Shown in pieces: positions 37,537 through 44,750 of a stretch of DNA of 64,000 nt. The notes under the pieces were generated by a model that was not told where the DNA came from, ran no database searches, and saw only the letters and a list, made by a program, of their open reading frames with translations. Source of the stretch: Candidatus Saccharimonadota bacterium. GTDB lineage: Bacteria; Patescibacteriota; Saccharimonadia; Saccharimonadales; UBA10212. Every line of letters begins with the position of its first letter. The first letter of the stretch is position 1. Where the stretch lies: contig JAICWR010000002.1 in assembly GCA_025934715.1 (NCBI GenBank), forward strand, positions 152 through 64,151, written 5' to 3'. The position numbers and the translations under genes were made by a program.

Positions 37537-37713
37537 TTAGCGAAGAGAGCGAGCTACCAATCGGCTAACAACAGAGCTAGCTAAAACTGTGGCGCCAGCG
37601 ACTATTGTCGCCCAGGCTAACACGGTCAGCATGGAATTGCCGGCAGTGTTAGGTAAAACGGCCACGCCAGTAGCGGTGGTTGTAGCACCTAGAACTTGTC
37701 CTTGTCCACTCAT
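37537..37713 (-). CDS. Leaderless mini-protein (58 aa) consisting essentially of an LPXTG sorting signal
   Basis: MSGQGQVLGATTTATGVAVLPNTAGNSMLTVLAWATIVAGATVLASSVVSRLVARSLR; AAGGAG ribosome-binding site 7 nt upstream of the ATG at complement 37713; no signal peptide. Confidence 0.5.
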   Translation of the reverse strand: MSGQGQVLGATTTATGVAVLPNTAGNSMLTVLAWATIVAGATVLASSVVSRLVARSLR

Positions 37714-37916
37714 GGATATTACTCCTTTAATTAATTTGCCGCGCAACAGGAAGTGAAACAACCAACAGAAAAATCTATTGGTCGAGTTCCTCCAGTTACT
37801 CGTTAGCTGTATATTACTATATTTATGCTTAATTGTAAAGTATATTTTATAGTAGAAACGTTTATGTTTATTTGCAAGTAAGGGAAGGTTTATTTTCTGA
37901 TATAATTACCCCTGTT

Positions 37917-37991
37917 GCGGGATTCGTATAACGGCTAATATGCAAGTTTTCCAAACTTGAGACGGGGTTTCGACTACCCCATCCCGCACCA
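37917..37991 (+). tRNA. tRNA-Gly (anticodon TCC), non-canonical D-arm
   Basis: GCGGGATTCGTATAACGGCTAATATGCAAGTTTTCCAAACTTGAGACGGGGTTTCGACTACCCCATCCCGCACCA: acceptor 7 bp, anticodon stem caagt/acttg with loop TTTCCAA, 4-nt variable loop, T-loop TTCGACT, Gly identity pairs G1:C72, C2:G71, G3:C70. A hairpin follows. D-stem has a G-U pair. Confidence 0.55.
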
Positions 37992-38037
37992 CGCTTTGGC
38001 GAAGCCAAAACAATTAACATTTCACCTTTTTCAGTTC

Positions 38038-38105
38038 CATTGGTTTTTCATTGGTCATTGATCATTGATAATTCATTGAAAATTGATAATTGTAAATTGT
38101 TAATT
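38038..38105. repeat. AT-rich phased CATTGA/AATTG repeats upstream of tRNA-Arg
   Basis: cattgg-ttttt-cattgg-t-cattga-t-cattga-taatt-cattga-aaattgataattgtaaattgttaattg; units spaced 7-10 bp. Confidence 0.5.
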
Positions 38106-38125
38106 GCTCGCCTAAGGCGAGCTTT

Positions 38126-38202
38126 GCCCCGGTAGCTCAGTTGGATAGAGCAGGAGACTTCTAAGCTCAAGGTCGCAGGTTCGAATCCTGCCCGGGGTAC
38201 CA
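38126..38202 (+). tRNA. tRNA-Arg (anticodon TCT), weak anticodon stem
   Basis: GCCCCGGTAGCTCAGTTGGATAGAGCAGGAGACTTCTAAGCTCAAGGTCGCAGGTTCGAATCCTGCCCGGGGTACCA; anticodon loop CTTCTAA; the anticodon stem has two non-Watson-Crick positions. Confidence 0.65.
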
Positions 38203-38262
38203 ATTTTGACCTGTTTGGACTATTATTCTATTAGGTTCTAAAAACAAAAATAAAACTAAAAA

Positions 38263-39363
38263 ATGCCCAAAAAGTTAATTGCTTTATGGATTAGCTACCG
38301 GACGCATCATCTCACAAAAGCTCTAGTGGAGTGCGTTATAGGAGTAGTTCTTTTAAGTTTACCGGTTGTATCAACGGCCGCGCTTATTAGCAGTTCGCAT
38401 CATAAACCACTAGCTAGCCAACCTGTAGCGTCAAAAAAAGTCAACAAGCCGAAACCAAGAGCAGTAGTCGTTAAGAAAAAGCCTGCCCCCAAAAAATCTA
38501 CTCCGGTGAGTGAAAAGGTGGCCATAGCTTCGCCGCCGGTTTCAAAATCCAAGCCGGCGCCTATACCTGCCGCCCAGCCCGCGCCAAGCGGCGGGGCTAA
38601 AAAACTGACACCCGCGCCTAAAACCAAGCCTTCGTCGGGTAATAGTTCTTCATCCGGCTCGTCAACATCCTCCACAGGTGGCGGCAGCTCCTCATCGTCG
38701 GGCACTAACAGCCAGACGCCGACTTTCGCCACTGGCGGGTTCACTTCCACAAACTGGGCAGGCTATGTGGCGACGGCCGGAAGCTACGACAGCATATCAG
38801 GTTCCTGGATCGTGCCGAGCGCCACCGGCAACGGCTCGTCCACGACCGCTGATGCCAGCTGGATTGGAATCGGGGGAGTGTTTTCCAGTGACCTCATTCA
38901 AACCGGTACTTTAAATACAGTTTCCGCGAGCGGGCAAGCATCGACTTTCGCCTTCTACGAACTGCTGCCCGACACAGCTTTGGAAATACCTTCAATCTCC
39001 GTCAGTCCCGGCAACAACATGGCCGCCACCATTAACGAGACATCAGCCGGTGTCTGGACAATAAGCATCAGCGACATTTCGACCAGCCAGACCTTCACGA
39101 CAACAGTTAATTACACTTCCAGAAATTCGTCGGCGGAATGGATTGAAGAAGACCCCAGCTTTGCCAATGGCAGCCTGGTGCCATTTGACAACTTCAGTCC
39201 GGCGGCTTTTACGAATGGGGCTGTAGGAGTTAGCGGTGTCCCAAATTCCATATCAACTGCCGGAGCATCGCCTATAACGTTGGTGAGCCAAGCAGGGAGC
39301 CCATTAGCAAAGCCGACGATATTAACAACTGACGGCGCCGGATTCAGCGTTTACAGGCAGTAA
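38263..39363 (+). CDS. Secreted glutamic peptidase (family G1/eqolisin-like) with an N-terminal TM anchor and Lys/Pro-rich linker
   Basis: 'TSTNWAGYVA' and 'SSAEWIEEDPS' resemble the G1 catalytic Gln/Glu regions; TM 'VIGVVLLSLPVVSTAALI'; KP-rich linker. Confidence 0.55.
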   Translation: MPKKLIALWISYRTHHLTKALVECVIGVVLLSLPVVSTAALISSSHHKPLASQPVASKKVNKPKPRAVVVKKKPAPKKSTPVSEKVAIASPPVSKSKPAPIPAAQPAPSGGAKKLTPAPKTKPSSGNSSSSGSSTSSTGGGSSSSSGTNSQTPTFATGGFTSTNWAGYVATAGSYDSISGSWIVPSATGNGSSTTADASWIGIGGVFSSDLIQTGTLNTVSASGQASTFAFYELLPDTALEIPSISVSPGNNMAATINETSAGVWTISISDISTSQTFTTTVNYTSRNSSAEWIEEDPSFANGSLVPFDNFSPAAFTNGAVGVSGVPNSISTAGASPITLVSQAGSPLAKPTILTTDGAGFSVYRQ

Positions 39364-39373
39364 AGCCTCGCCT

Positions 39374-40282
39374 TTAGATCAATTTGCCATAGACGACAGT
39401 GTTGTCGCTGTAACGCATAGTTTGGGGATTGAAGGTGCCGCCGCAAGTTAAGAGCCGGATGCCCGCATAGTTGATATTACCGTAGACCTCCTGGGTGGGG
39501 AAGCTGTCGCGCGGCAGTTGTTTTATACCCATCACTGCGAACCTAGCGGTTGTGCCGTCCTCGCGCGTGACATCAATTTCACTACCGGTTTTAAGCTCGT
39601 GCAGCCGCCAAAAAATGGCCGGGGCCGTCCAGGTGTCTAAGTGCCCGGCAATAATAGCCGGGCCGATTTCGCCGGGAGTGGGCCCGTATTTATACCAGCC
39701 GGGTATGCTGGGCCACGATGGCATCTCGATAGAACCGTCCGGGTATCGGCCCAAAGGTATAAGTTCCGAATTGAGCTGTATGGACGGAATAATAAGTCGC
39801 TCTGGAACAGACCGGGGCATAGATTTGGGCGGTTGGGGGCGTACCGCGGCTGAGGCCACAGCTTTATGAATTGATATATCATGCACGGCGCCCTTAGAAG
39901 TTGAAAAATGATAATAAAAGCCAAGATTAAGGCCGAGAGCCAGTAGCACCGGGAAAGCCCACCGTAAAACCCGGCGAGGATGGTGGACTTCTTCTTTTTT
40001 GGCGTACCGGCGCCAGGTTTGCTTGGGAACCTTTGCAACGGCGATTTCTTTGAAGGAAAAAATCCTAAACCTAAATACCTTCTGCCAATAGCGCTGGGAA
40101 CGCAGTTCCGGCTTGGTCCGGAAACGCCTTAATGTGATTTGAAGTTTTGATGAAAGGCTTAAAGGCAGCCTAATCTGCTTGGCCCTGGGTCGTTTCAGCC
40201 GCTGGCTGGGGCGCCAGGAACCGGACAATCCCTGTTTTGCGGATCGCCCGGTTAATTTAAGCTGACGCTGTGAGCCCGGCAT
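39374..40282 (-). CDS. Sortase-family transpeptidase with a long basic N-terminal region
   Basis: 'IAGH' His motif and 'IRLLTCGG' Cys motif; TM 'VLRWAFPVLLALGLNLGFYYHF'; the true start is uncertain (about 130 Arg/Lys-rich residues precede the TM). Confidence 0.65.
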   Translation of the reverse strand: MPGSQRQLKLTGRSAKQGLSGSWRPSQRLKRPRAKQIRLPLSLSSKLQITLRRFRTKPELRSQRYWQKVFRFRIFSFKEIAVAKVPKQTWRRYAKKEEVHHPRRVLRWAFPVLLALGLNLGFYYHFSTSKGAVHDISIHKAVASAAVRPQPPKSMPRSVPERLIIPSIQLNSELIPLGRYPDGSIEMPSWPSIPGWYKYGPTPGEIGPAIIAGHLDTWTAPAIFWRLHELKTGSEIDVTREDGTTARFAVMGIKQLPRDSFPTQEVYGNINYAGIRLLTCGGTFNPQTMRYSDNTVVYGKLI

Positions 40283-40299
40283 TTTTTACCTTTGCAGTA

Positions 40300-40899
40300 T
40301 CACCAAGCCCTAGCTAGTGATGTCAGGCTGAAGTCGCTGATTCCGCCGCCGCCGCCATTGGCGCTGCCGACGGGAACTTGCGACACTTGGCTTTGGGCCT
40401 GGCCAGTTGCACCTAAGACCTGGCCGCCGGAAGTGGTGGTCGTACCACCGCCACCGCCCTGGCCGCCGCCGCCGCCGCTACTGCTATTGCTGCCAAAGCA
40501 GCCGCTGCTGATGACTAGGTTAGCGTGACCGTTACCGAGACTGCCAGTGAACGTGACATGTGCCGACACCGTACTGGTCGTTGGCTGCCCTGTCCCCGAG
40601 AAAGCTGTGTCAATAGTCCAGCTATGGCCGTGCTGCGACATTGCGCCCCCACCGGAGGCATCGCCGCTCACCGACAAAGTGGCTGAAGAGACCGAGCTAT
40701 TGCCACCTGTGGTGAAAATCCAGTGCAAGAAAGGTGTCTGACTCGATGAACAAGCCTTGACAGAATCAGCACCTTGGCCCGTCCAGTTGACTGTGCCGTT
40801 AGCGTGGCTGACACCGCCTAAAGCTGCCAGCGGTATAGCCGCCAAAGCAGCTGAGACCACGAACTTAATAGTGAAAGCTTTAATTTTTTGTATAACCAT
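40300..40899 (-). CDS. Secreted Gly/Ser-rich hypothetical protein
   Basis: Signal peptide (MVIQKIKAFTIKFVVSAALAAIPLAALGGVSHA); GGGGGQGGGGG tract; the Pro-rich ORF on the opposite strand is the antisense artefact. Confidence 0.55.
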   Translation of the reverse strand: MVIQKIKAFTIKFVVSAALAAIPLAALGGVSHANGTVNWTGQGADSVKACSSSQTPFLHWIFTTGGNSSVSSATLSVSGDASGGGAMSQHGHSWTIDTAFSGTGQPTTSTVSAHVTFTGSLGNGHANLVISSGCFGSNSSSGGGGGQGGGGGTTTTSGGQVLGATGQAQSQVSQVPVGSANGGGGGISDFSLTSLARAW

Positions 40900-41111
40900 A
40901 AATCCTCCTTCCGGACATTGAGGCCCCTAAAACCTCTGCCCATTACCCCACAGTTACCACGCCAGCATAAACTAGAAATCCGCTTTAATCTGTGATTTTA
41001 GTTACTAATTTTGCCAGGTGTTCAAATTGTGTTAAAGGGAGCAAGTTAGACCTAAATGATAACGAATTCGATTTAAAAAATAGAACGCTTATGCCTTATA
41101 ATTAACTTTAA

Positions 41112-41351
41112 ATGCATGGCGACAGGCTTTTTGATGTGACTGAATATGACCCCAATATTTCAATCGCCGACAGATTGCAAAGTGTCCATGAGGTTTCACG
41201 GGCGACGGTAGCGGAAAATGCCGCACGGGAGATAAAACGCATGCCGCCATACTTACAAGACAAACTTGCTGCTTTGGCGGCCGGCTCAACAATTGTCATC
41301 CATGGCGTTGAATTTAATGCCCGCGAAATTAATCCTTTAGCGAGTCGCTAG
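41112..41351 (+). CDS. Small hypothetical protein (79 aa)
   Basis: ORF only; no motif. Confidence 0.35.
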   Translation: MHGDRLFDVTEYDPNISIADRLQSVHEVSRATVAENAAREIKRMPPYLQDKLAALAAGSTIVIHGVEFNAREINPLASR

Positions 41352-41395
41352 TTTTATAGTCTGGTTCCTAGTATAAGCACCCCTGTTACGGCAAG

Positions 41396-41437
41396 AATGG
41401 CTCAGTTGGTTAGAGCATCGGGTTGTGGTTTTATAGA
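41396..41437 (+). pseudogene. tRNA-His-like 5'-half fragment (D-arm plus anticodon stem-loop GTG), no 3' half
   Basis: ...GGCTCAGTTGGTTAGAGCATCGGGTTGTGGT then divergence; shares the 12-nt TCGGGTTGTGGT anticodon stem-loop with the intact tRNA-His at 41963. Confidence 0.55.
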
Positions 41438-41483
41438 AACCCATCTCCTTTATATTTTAGCTCTAGGTTGATAGACTTATGAC

Positions 41484-41978
41484 ATGCCCACAGTTATTTG
41501 CCGTTCCTGTGGCAGACAGTTTTATGCTAAACCGAGTTGGCTTAAAGCTGGCTGGGGGAAATACTGCTCGCTAAAGTGTAGTCATGAGGCGCAGAGGAAT
41601 GGTGCTCGTTTCCGGTGCGATGTTTGCGGCGGAGAGATTTATAGGAGCCAGAAGAATCAAAAGCGTTCTGTAAGCGGGAAGTTTTTCTGTAGCAAGTCCT
41701 GTCAAACCAAGTGGCGTAACTCAACGTATATTGGTTCCAGCCATGCAAATTGGAGAAACGGTGAATACTCTTACCGAGATGCCCTTCGACGAACTGAACT
41801 TCCGCCTGTATGCAAGCGGTGCAGGAGCGACGATTTCAGAGTCTTAATCGCTCATCATAAAGATAGAAATCGCCGAAATAATTCCCTTAACAACTTGATT
41901 TGGTTGTGCCACAATTGTCATCACTTGGTACATCATTATAAAAATGAGGCCAAGGACTTCGTGGTGCCTGTAGCTTAG
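41484..41978 (+). mobile_element. HNH endonuclease gene (Cys-rich zinc-ribbon N-terminus) between the tRNA-His half fragment and intact tRNA-His
   Basis: 164-aa ORF: CRSCG..C..C, CDVCGG, C..C pairs and an HNH motif 'AHHKDRNRRNNSLNNLIWLCHNCHHLVHH'. The last 5 codons overlap the 5' end of tRNA-His. Confidence 0.7.
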
Positions 41979-42040
41979 CTGGTCAAAGCGTCGGGTTGTG
42001 GTCCCGAAGATCGAGAGTTCAAATCTCTTCAGGCACCCCA
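41963..42040 (+). tRNA. tRNA-His (anticodon GTG) with encoded G-1
   Basis: G-GTGCCTGTAGCTTAGCTGGTCAAAGCGTCGGGTTGTGGTCCCGAAGATCGAGAGTTCAAATCTCTTCAGGCACCCCA; G-1 opposite the C73 discriminator; anticodon loop TTGTGGT. Confidence 0.85.
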
Positions 42041-42046
42041 GGATTT

Positions 42047-42583
42047 ATGAACAGAAGTATTAACCCTTTTTCGTGGCCGGTCGGCCACAGCAGCCGGCAG
42101 CCACGCAGCCAAGAAGAACACAATAAGTTCATCTTACAGACGGTCCAGCCCGGCCTGGCCGGGCTGATGGACGGCTCCGTATCAACCTTGGCGCCGATTT
42201 TTGCGGTGGCGTTCGCCACACACCGGCCTCATTATGCCTTTGTCACAGGTATCGCCGCGGCGGTCGGCGCCGGCATCAGCATGGCGTTCGCCGAAGCTTT
42301 AAGCGACACCGGGGAGCTGACAGGCCGCGGCCGCCCCCTCCGCCGCGGCGTGATAATCGGCGCCATGACTTTCATCGGCGGTATCTTTCACACGCTGCCC
42401 TTTTTATTCAGCAACATCAACCATGCCTTAATCGTCGCCTACCTGGTGGTGGGCGTTGAGCTAATGGCTATCGCCTACATCCGCTATAAATACTTCGCGA
42501 TGCGTTTTTGGCTGTCAATTTTACAAGTGGTGGTTGGCGGCGGCCTGGTGTTTGCCGCCGGGGTTCTTATCGGATCCGGTTAA
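42047..42583 (+). CDS. VIT1/CCC1-family (DUF125) membrane protein
   Basis: 'LAGLMDGSVSTLAPIFAVAFAT' and a Gly-rich TM pattern typical of PF01988. Start placed at the first Met after tRNA-His. Confidence 0.55.
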   Translation: MNRSINPFSWPVGHSSRQPRSQEEHNKFILQTVQPGLAGLMDGSVSTLAPIFAVAFATHRPHYAFVTGIAAAVGAGISMAFAEALSDTGELTGRGRPLRRGVIIGAMTFIGGIFHTLPFLFSNINHALIVAYLVVGVELMAIAYIRYKYFAMRFWLSILQVVVGGGLVFAAGVLIGSG

Positions 42584-43227
42584 GTTTGGAATAAACGCAA
42601 AATCACAATCGTCAAAATCGGGATCGCTAAATTATCGAGGCCGAAAAGCGATATGCTCTCCACGGCGGTCAGCAGCGGCGGTAAAAGTAGCAGCAGGTAA
42701 TAGTAGCTTTGGAATTGGAACACGTTGTGGGCAGCCAGCAGGCCGGCGGTCAAAATCTCCACCGATGCAATCCAAAATATCATCGAGCCAATGATCGTCT
42801 TTTTATACCCGAACACCCTATATTCCCAGCGTTTACCAATCGATATTCCAGCCACAGCCGCCAGGCCGTCGGCCAAAGCCACCTCCAAAATCGCCACGGC
42901 GAAAAATATTTTGTTGTGGGTGATAATGGCCGATATGAAAATGGCTAAAGCCAGGAAGATGTCGCCGTAAGTCACCCGGTGGACAAAACCGTTATACTTC
43001 AGAAGGTTCCGGAAACGGCCAACAATCATAACCAGCAGCATCAATATGCTCAGAACCTGGATGGCCCGCCAGCTGATCAGCCAAGGCCAGAAAGCGATGA
43101 AGCTTCCGGCGGTGATGTGGAAAAATTTACGGTGGTACTCGCCCCTTAGAACTTTGTGTTTAGCCAGTGAATCCGCGATCAGGAGAAGCACAGCCAATCC
43201 GGCAATACAGGCAATAACCGTAAGCAT
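42580..43227 (-). CDS. CTP-dependent polyprenol/dolichol kinase or CdsA-like cytidylyltransferase family membrane protein
   Basis: Six to seven TM helices; 'EVALADGLAAVAGISIGKRW' resembles the PF01148 C-terminal signature. Confidence 0.5.
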   Translation of the reverse strand: MLTVIACIAGLAVLLLIADSLAKHKVLRGEYHRKFFHITAGSFIAFWPWLISWRAIQVLSILMLLVMIVGRFRNLLKYNGFVHRVTYGDIFLALAIFISAIITHNKIFFAVAILEVALADGLAAVAGISIGKRWEYRVFGYKKTIIGSMIFWIASVEILTAGLLAAHNVFQFQSYYYLLLLLPPLLTAVESISLFGLDNLAIPILTIVILRLFQT

Positions 43228-43383
43228 TATTTAAAATTGTACTCCTATTTTTTATATTTTTTGCAGTTAGACCGCTTGGCTTGAGGATAAGCCAAGCGGA
43301 AAAGCAGCGGCAATACAAGGCTCCGCTAAATTTCAGCCACTTGATTGCTGAAATTTCTAGCGGGGCTGATATTAGCTGATGCG

Positions 43384-43460
43384 TGGTCGGGGTGACTGGA
43401 TTTGAACCAGCGACCTCACCGTCCCGAACGGTGCGCGCTACCGGGCTGCGCCACACCCCG
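43384..43460 (-). tRNA. tRNA-Pro (anticodon CGG)
   Basis: Reverse complement CGGGGTGTGGCGCAGCCCGGTAGCGCGCACCGTTCGGGACGGTGAGGTCGCTGGTTCAAATCCAGTCACCCCGACCA; C1:G72 and A73 typical of Pro. Confidence 0.8.
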
Positions 43461-43534
43461 CCAACAGGGGTAATTATATCAGAGATATCTCTGTTTTTTG
43501 ATATAATCCCTCTGAGCCCAACTGGAGAAAAGAC

Positions 43535-44497
43535 GTGAATTTTTTAGAGCGACTCGTACATAGAATAGACACTTTCCAGAGGAACCATAAATTCCCGGGG
43601 TTTTTGTATGCGGTGCAGAAAAAATATGGTGACGACAACGGCGGCCAGCAGGCCGCTATGCTGACTTACTATGGATTTTTGTCGCTGTTCCCGCTTTTAT
43701 TAGTGGCCGCATCCACCTTGCAGTTTGTCCTGCATTCGCATCCTGGCATCAGGGATGATGTCATCCGGCACGCCACCCAATACTTCCCCGCGCTAAGCGA
43801 CCAGCTGCAATCGAATGTCAAAAGCCTTAACGGCGCCGGAGCCGGTCTGGCTATCGGTATCTTGCTGACCCTCTGGGGAGCAAAAGGTGTTGCCGACGTC
43901 TTTCAATCGGCCATGAACCATATATGGGGTATACCCAGGGTGGAACGGCCGGGCTTTCCTAAGGGCCCGCTCAAGAGCCTAGGAATTGTGGTTGTCGGCG
44001 GCCTAGGATTTATAGCTGCCTCGTTCTTATCGGGCTTTGCCACCGGGCTGGACAGGATATTCATCCTTAGGCTCGTGCCTATCCTAATCGCCGTGGCTGT
44101 GCTATTTGGCCTGTTTTGGTTTTTGTTCAAATGGGGGCTGGCCCACTCATCGAATGTGACGCACCGCCCGCTGGTCATCAGCTCCCTGGCAGCAGCAATT
44201 TTGATTGAGGCGCTCCAAATCATTGGCGGTTATTTAGTGAACCACCAATTAAATAACTTCAAGCACTTATACGGCACATTCGCGGTGACTCTGGGGCTTT
44301 TATTTTGGATTTATTTACAGGCCCGGGTGGTGCTTTACGCCGCGGAAGCCGGAGTGGTCGACAGTAAGACGTTATGGCCGCGAAGCTTAGTGCAGGAGCA
44401 CTTAACCGATGCTGACAAAAGGGCCTACGGCCGCCAGGCCAAAAAGGAAAAGTTCGTCCCGCCCGAAGACATAGACGTCGACTTCCAAAATAAATAA
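43535..44497 (+). CDS. YihY/BrkB-family membrane protein
   Basis: 'AAMLTYYGFLSLFPLLLVAAS', six TM helices, the typical YihY layout. Confidence 0.7.
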   Translation: MNFLERLVHRIDTFQRNHKFPGFLYAVQKKYGDDNGGQQAAMLTYYGFLSLFPLLLVAASTLQFVLHSHPGIRDDVIRHATQYFPALSDQLQSNVKSLNGAGAGLAIGILLTLWGAKGVADVFQSAMNHIWGIPRVERPGFPKGPLKSLGIVVVGGLGFIAASFLSGFATGLDRIFILRLVPILIAVAVLFGLFWFLFKWGLAHSSNVTHRPLVISSLAAAILIEALQIIGGYLVNHQLNNFKHLYGTFAVTLGLLFWIYLQARVVLYAAEAGVVDSKTLWPRSLVQEHLTDADKRAYGRQAKKEKFVPPEDIDVDFQNK

Positions 44498-44643
44498 CTG
44501 CTATAATTACCTCTGTTGCTTTTCCAATTTTGCGTATCGGGGCGTTAGCGGCCGTACGCAAAGTTGAGAGAAGGAGGCGAGCCGAGGCTGAAAGTGAGCA
44601 ATCGCAAGCGTGCTCACGGAAGCCGGCACCTCGACTCCGACGA

Positions 44644-44720
44644 CGGGGTGTGGCGCAGTTGGCTAGCGCGCCGCGTTTGGGACGCGGAGGCCGGAGGTTC
44701 AAGTCCTCTCACCCCGACCA
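44644..44720 (+). tRNA. tRNA-Pro (anticodon TGG)
   Basis: CGGGGTGTGGCGCAGTTGGCTAGCGCGCCGCGTTTGGGACGCGGAGGCCGGAGGTTCAAGTCCTCTCACCCCGACCA. Confidence 0.85.
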
Positions 44721-44750
44721 AAAAATACTTAACTTGTTAAGTATTTTATT
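44721..44750. terminator. AT-rich palindrome AAAAATACTTAAC-TTG-TTAAGTATTTT between convergent tRNA-Pro and rny; member of a recurring motif family
   Basis: 9-bp inverted repeat flanked by an A-run and a T-run; overlaps the rny stop codon. Confidence 0.5.

Noticed and set aside
40292-40528. Pro-rich 78-aa ORF on the plus strand
   Set aside because: It is the antisense of the Gly-rich tract (GGGGGQGGGGG) of the secreted protein at 40300..40899; complementary GGN/CCN codons.
41396-41978. A group I intron-containing tRNA-His (5' exon, intron with HNH, 3' exon)
   Set aside because: The downstream tRNA-His is complete with its own 5' half and G-1, so the upstream fragment is an extra partial copy, not a 5' exon.
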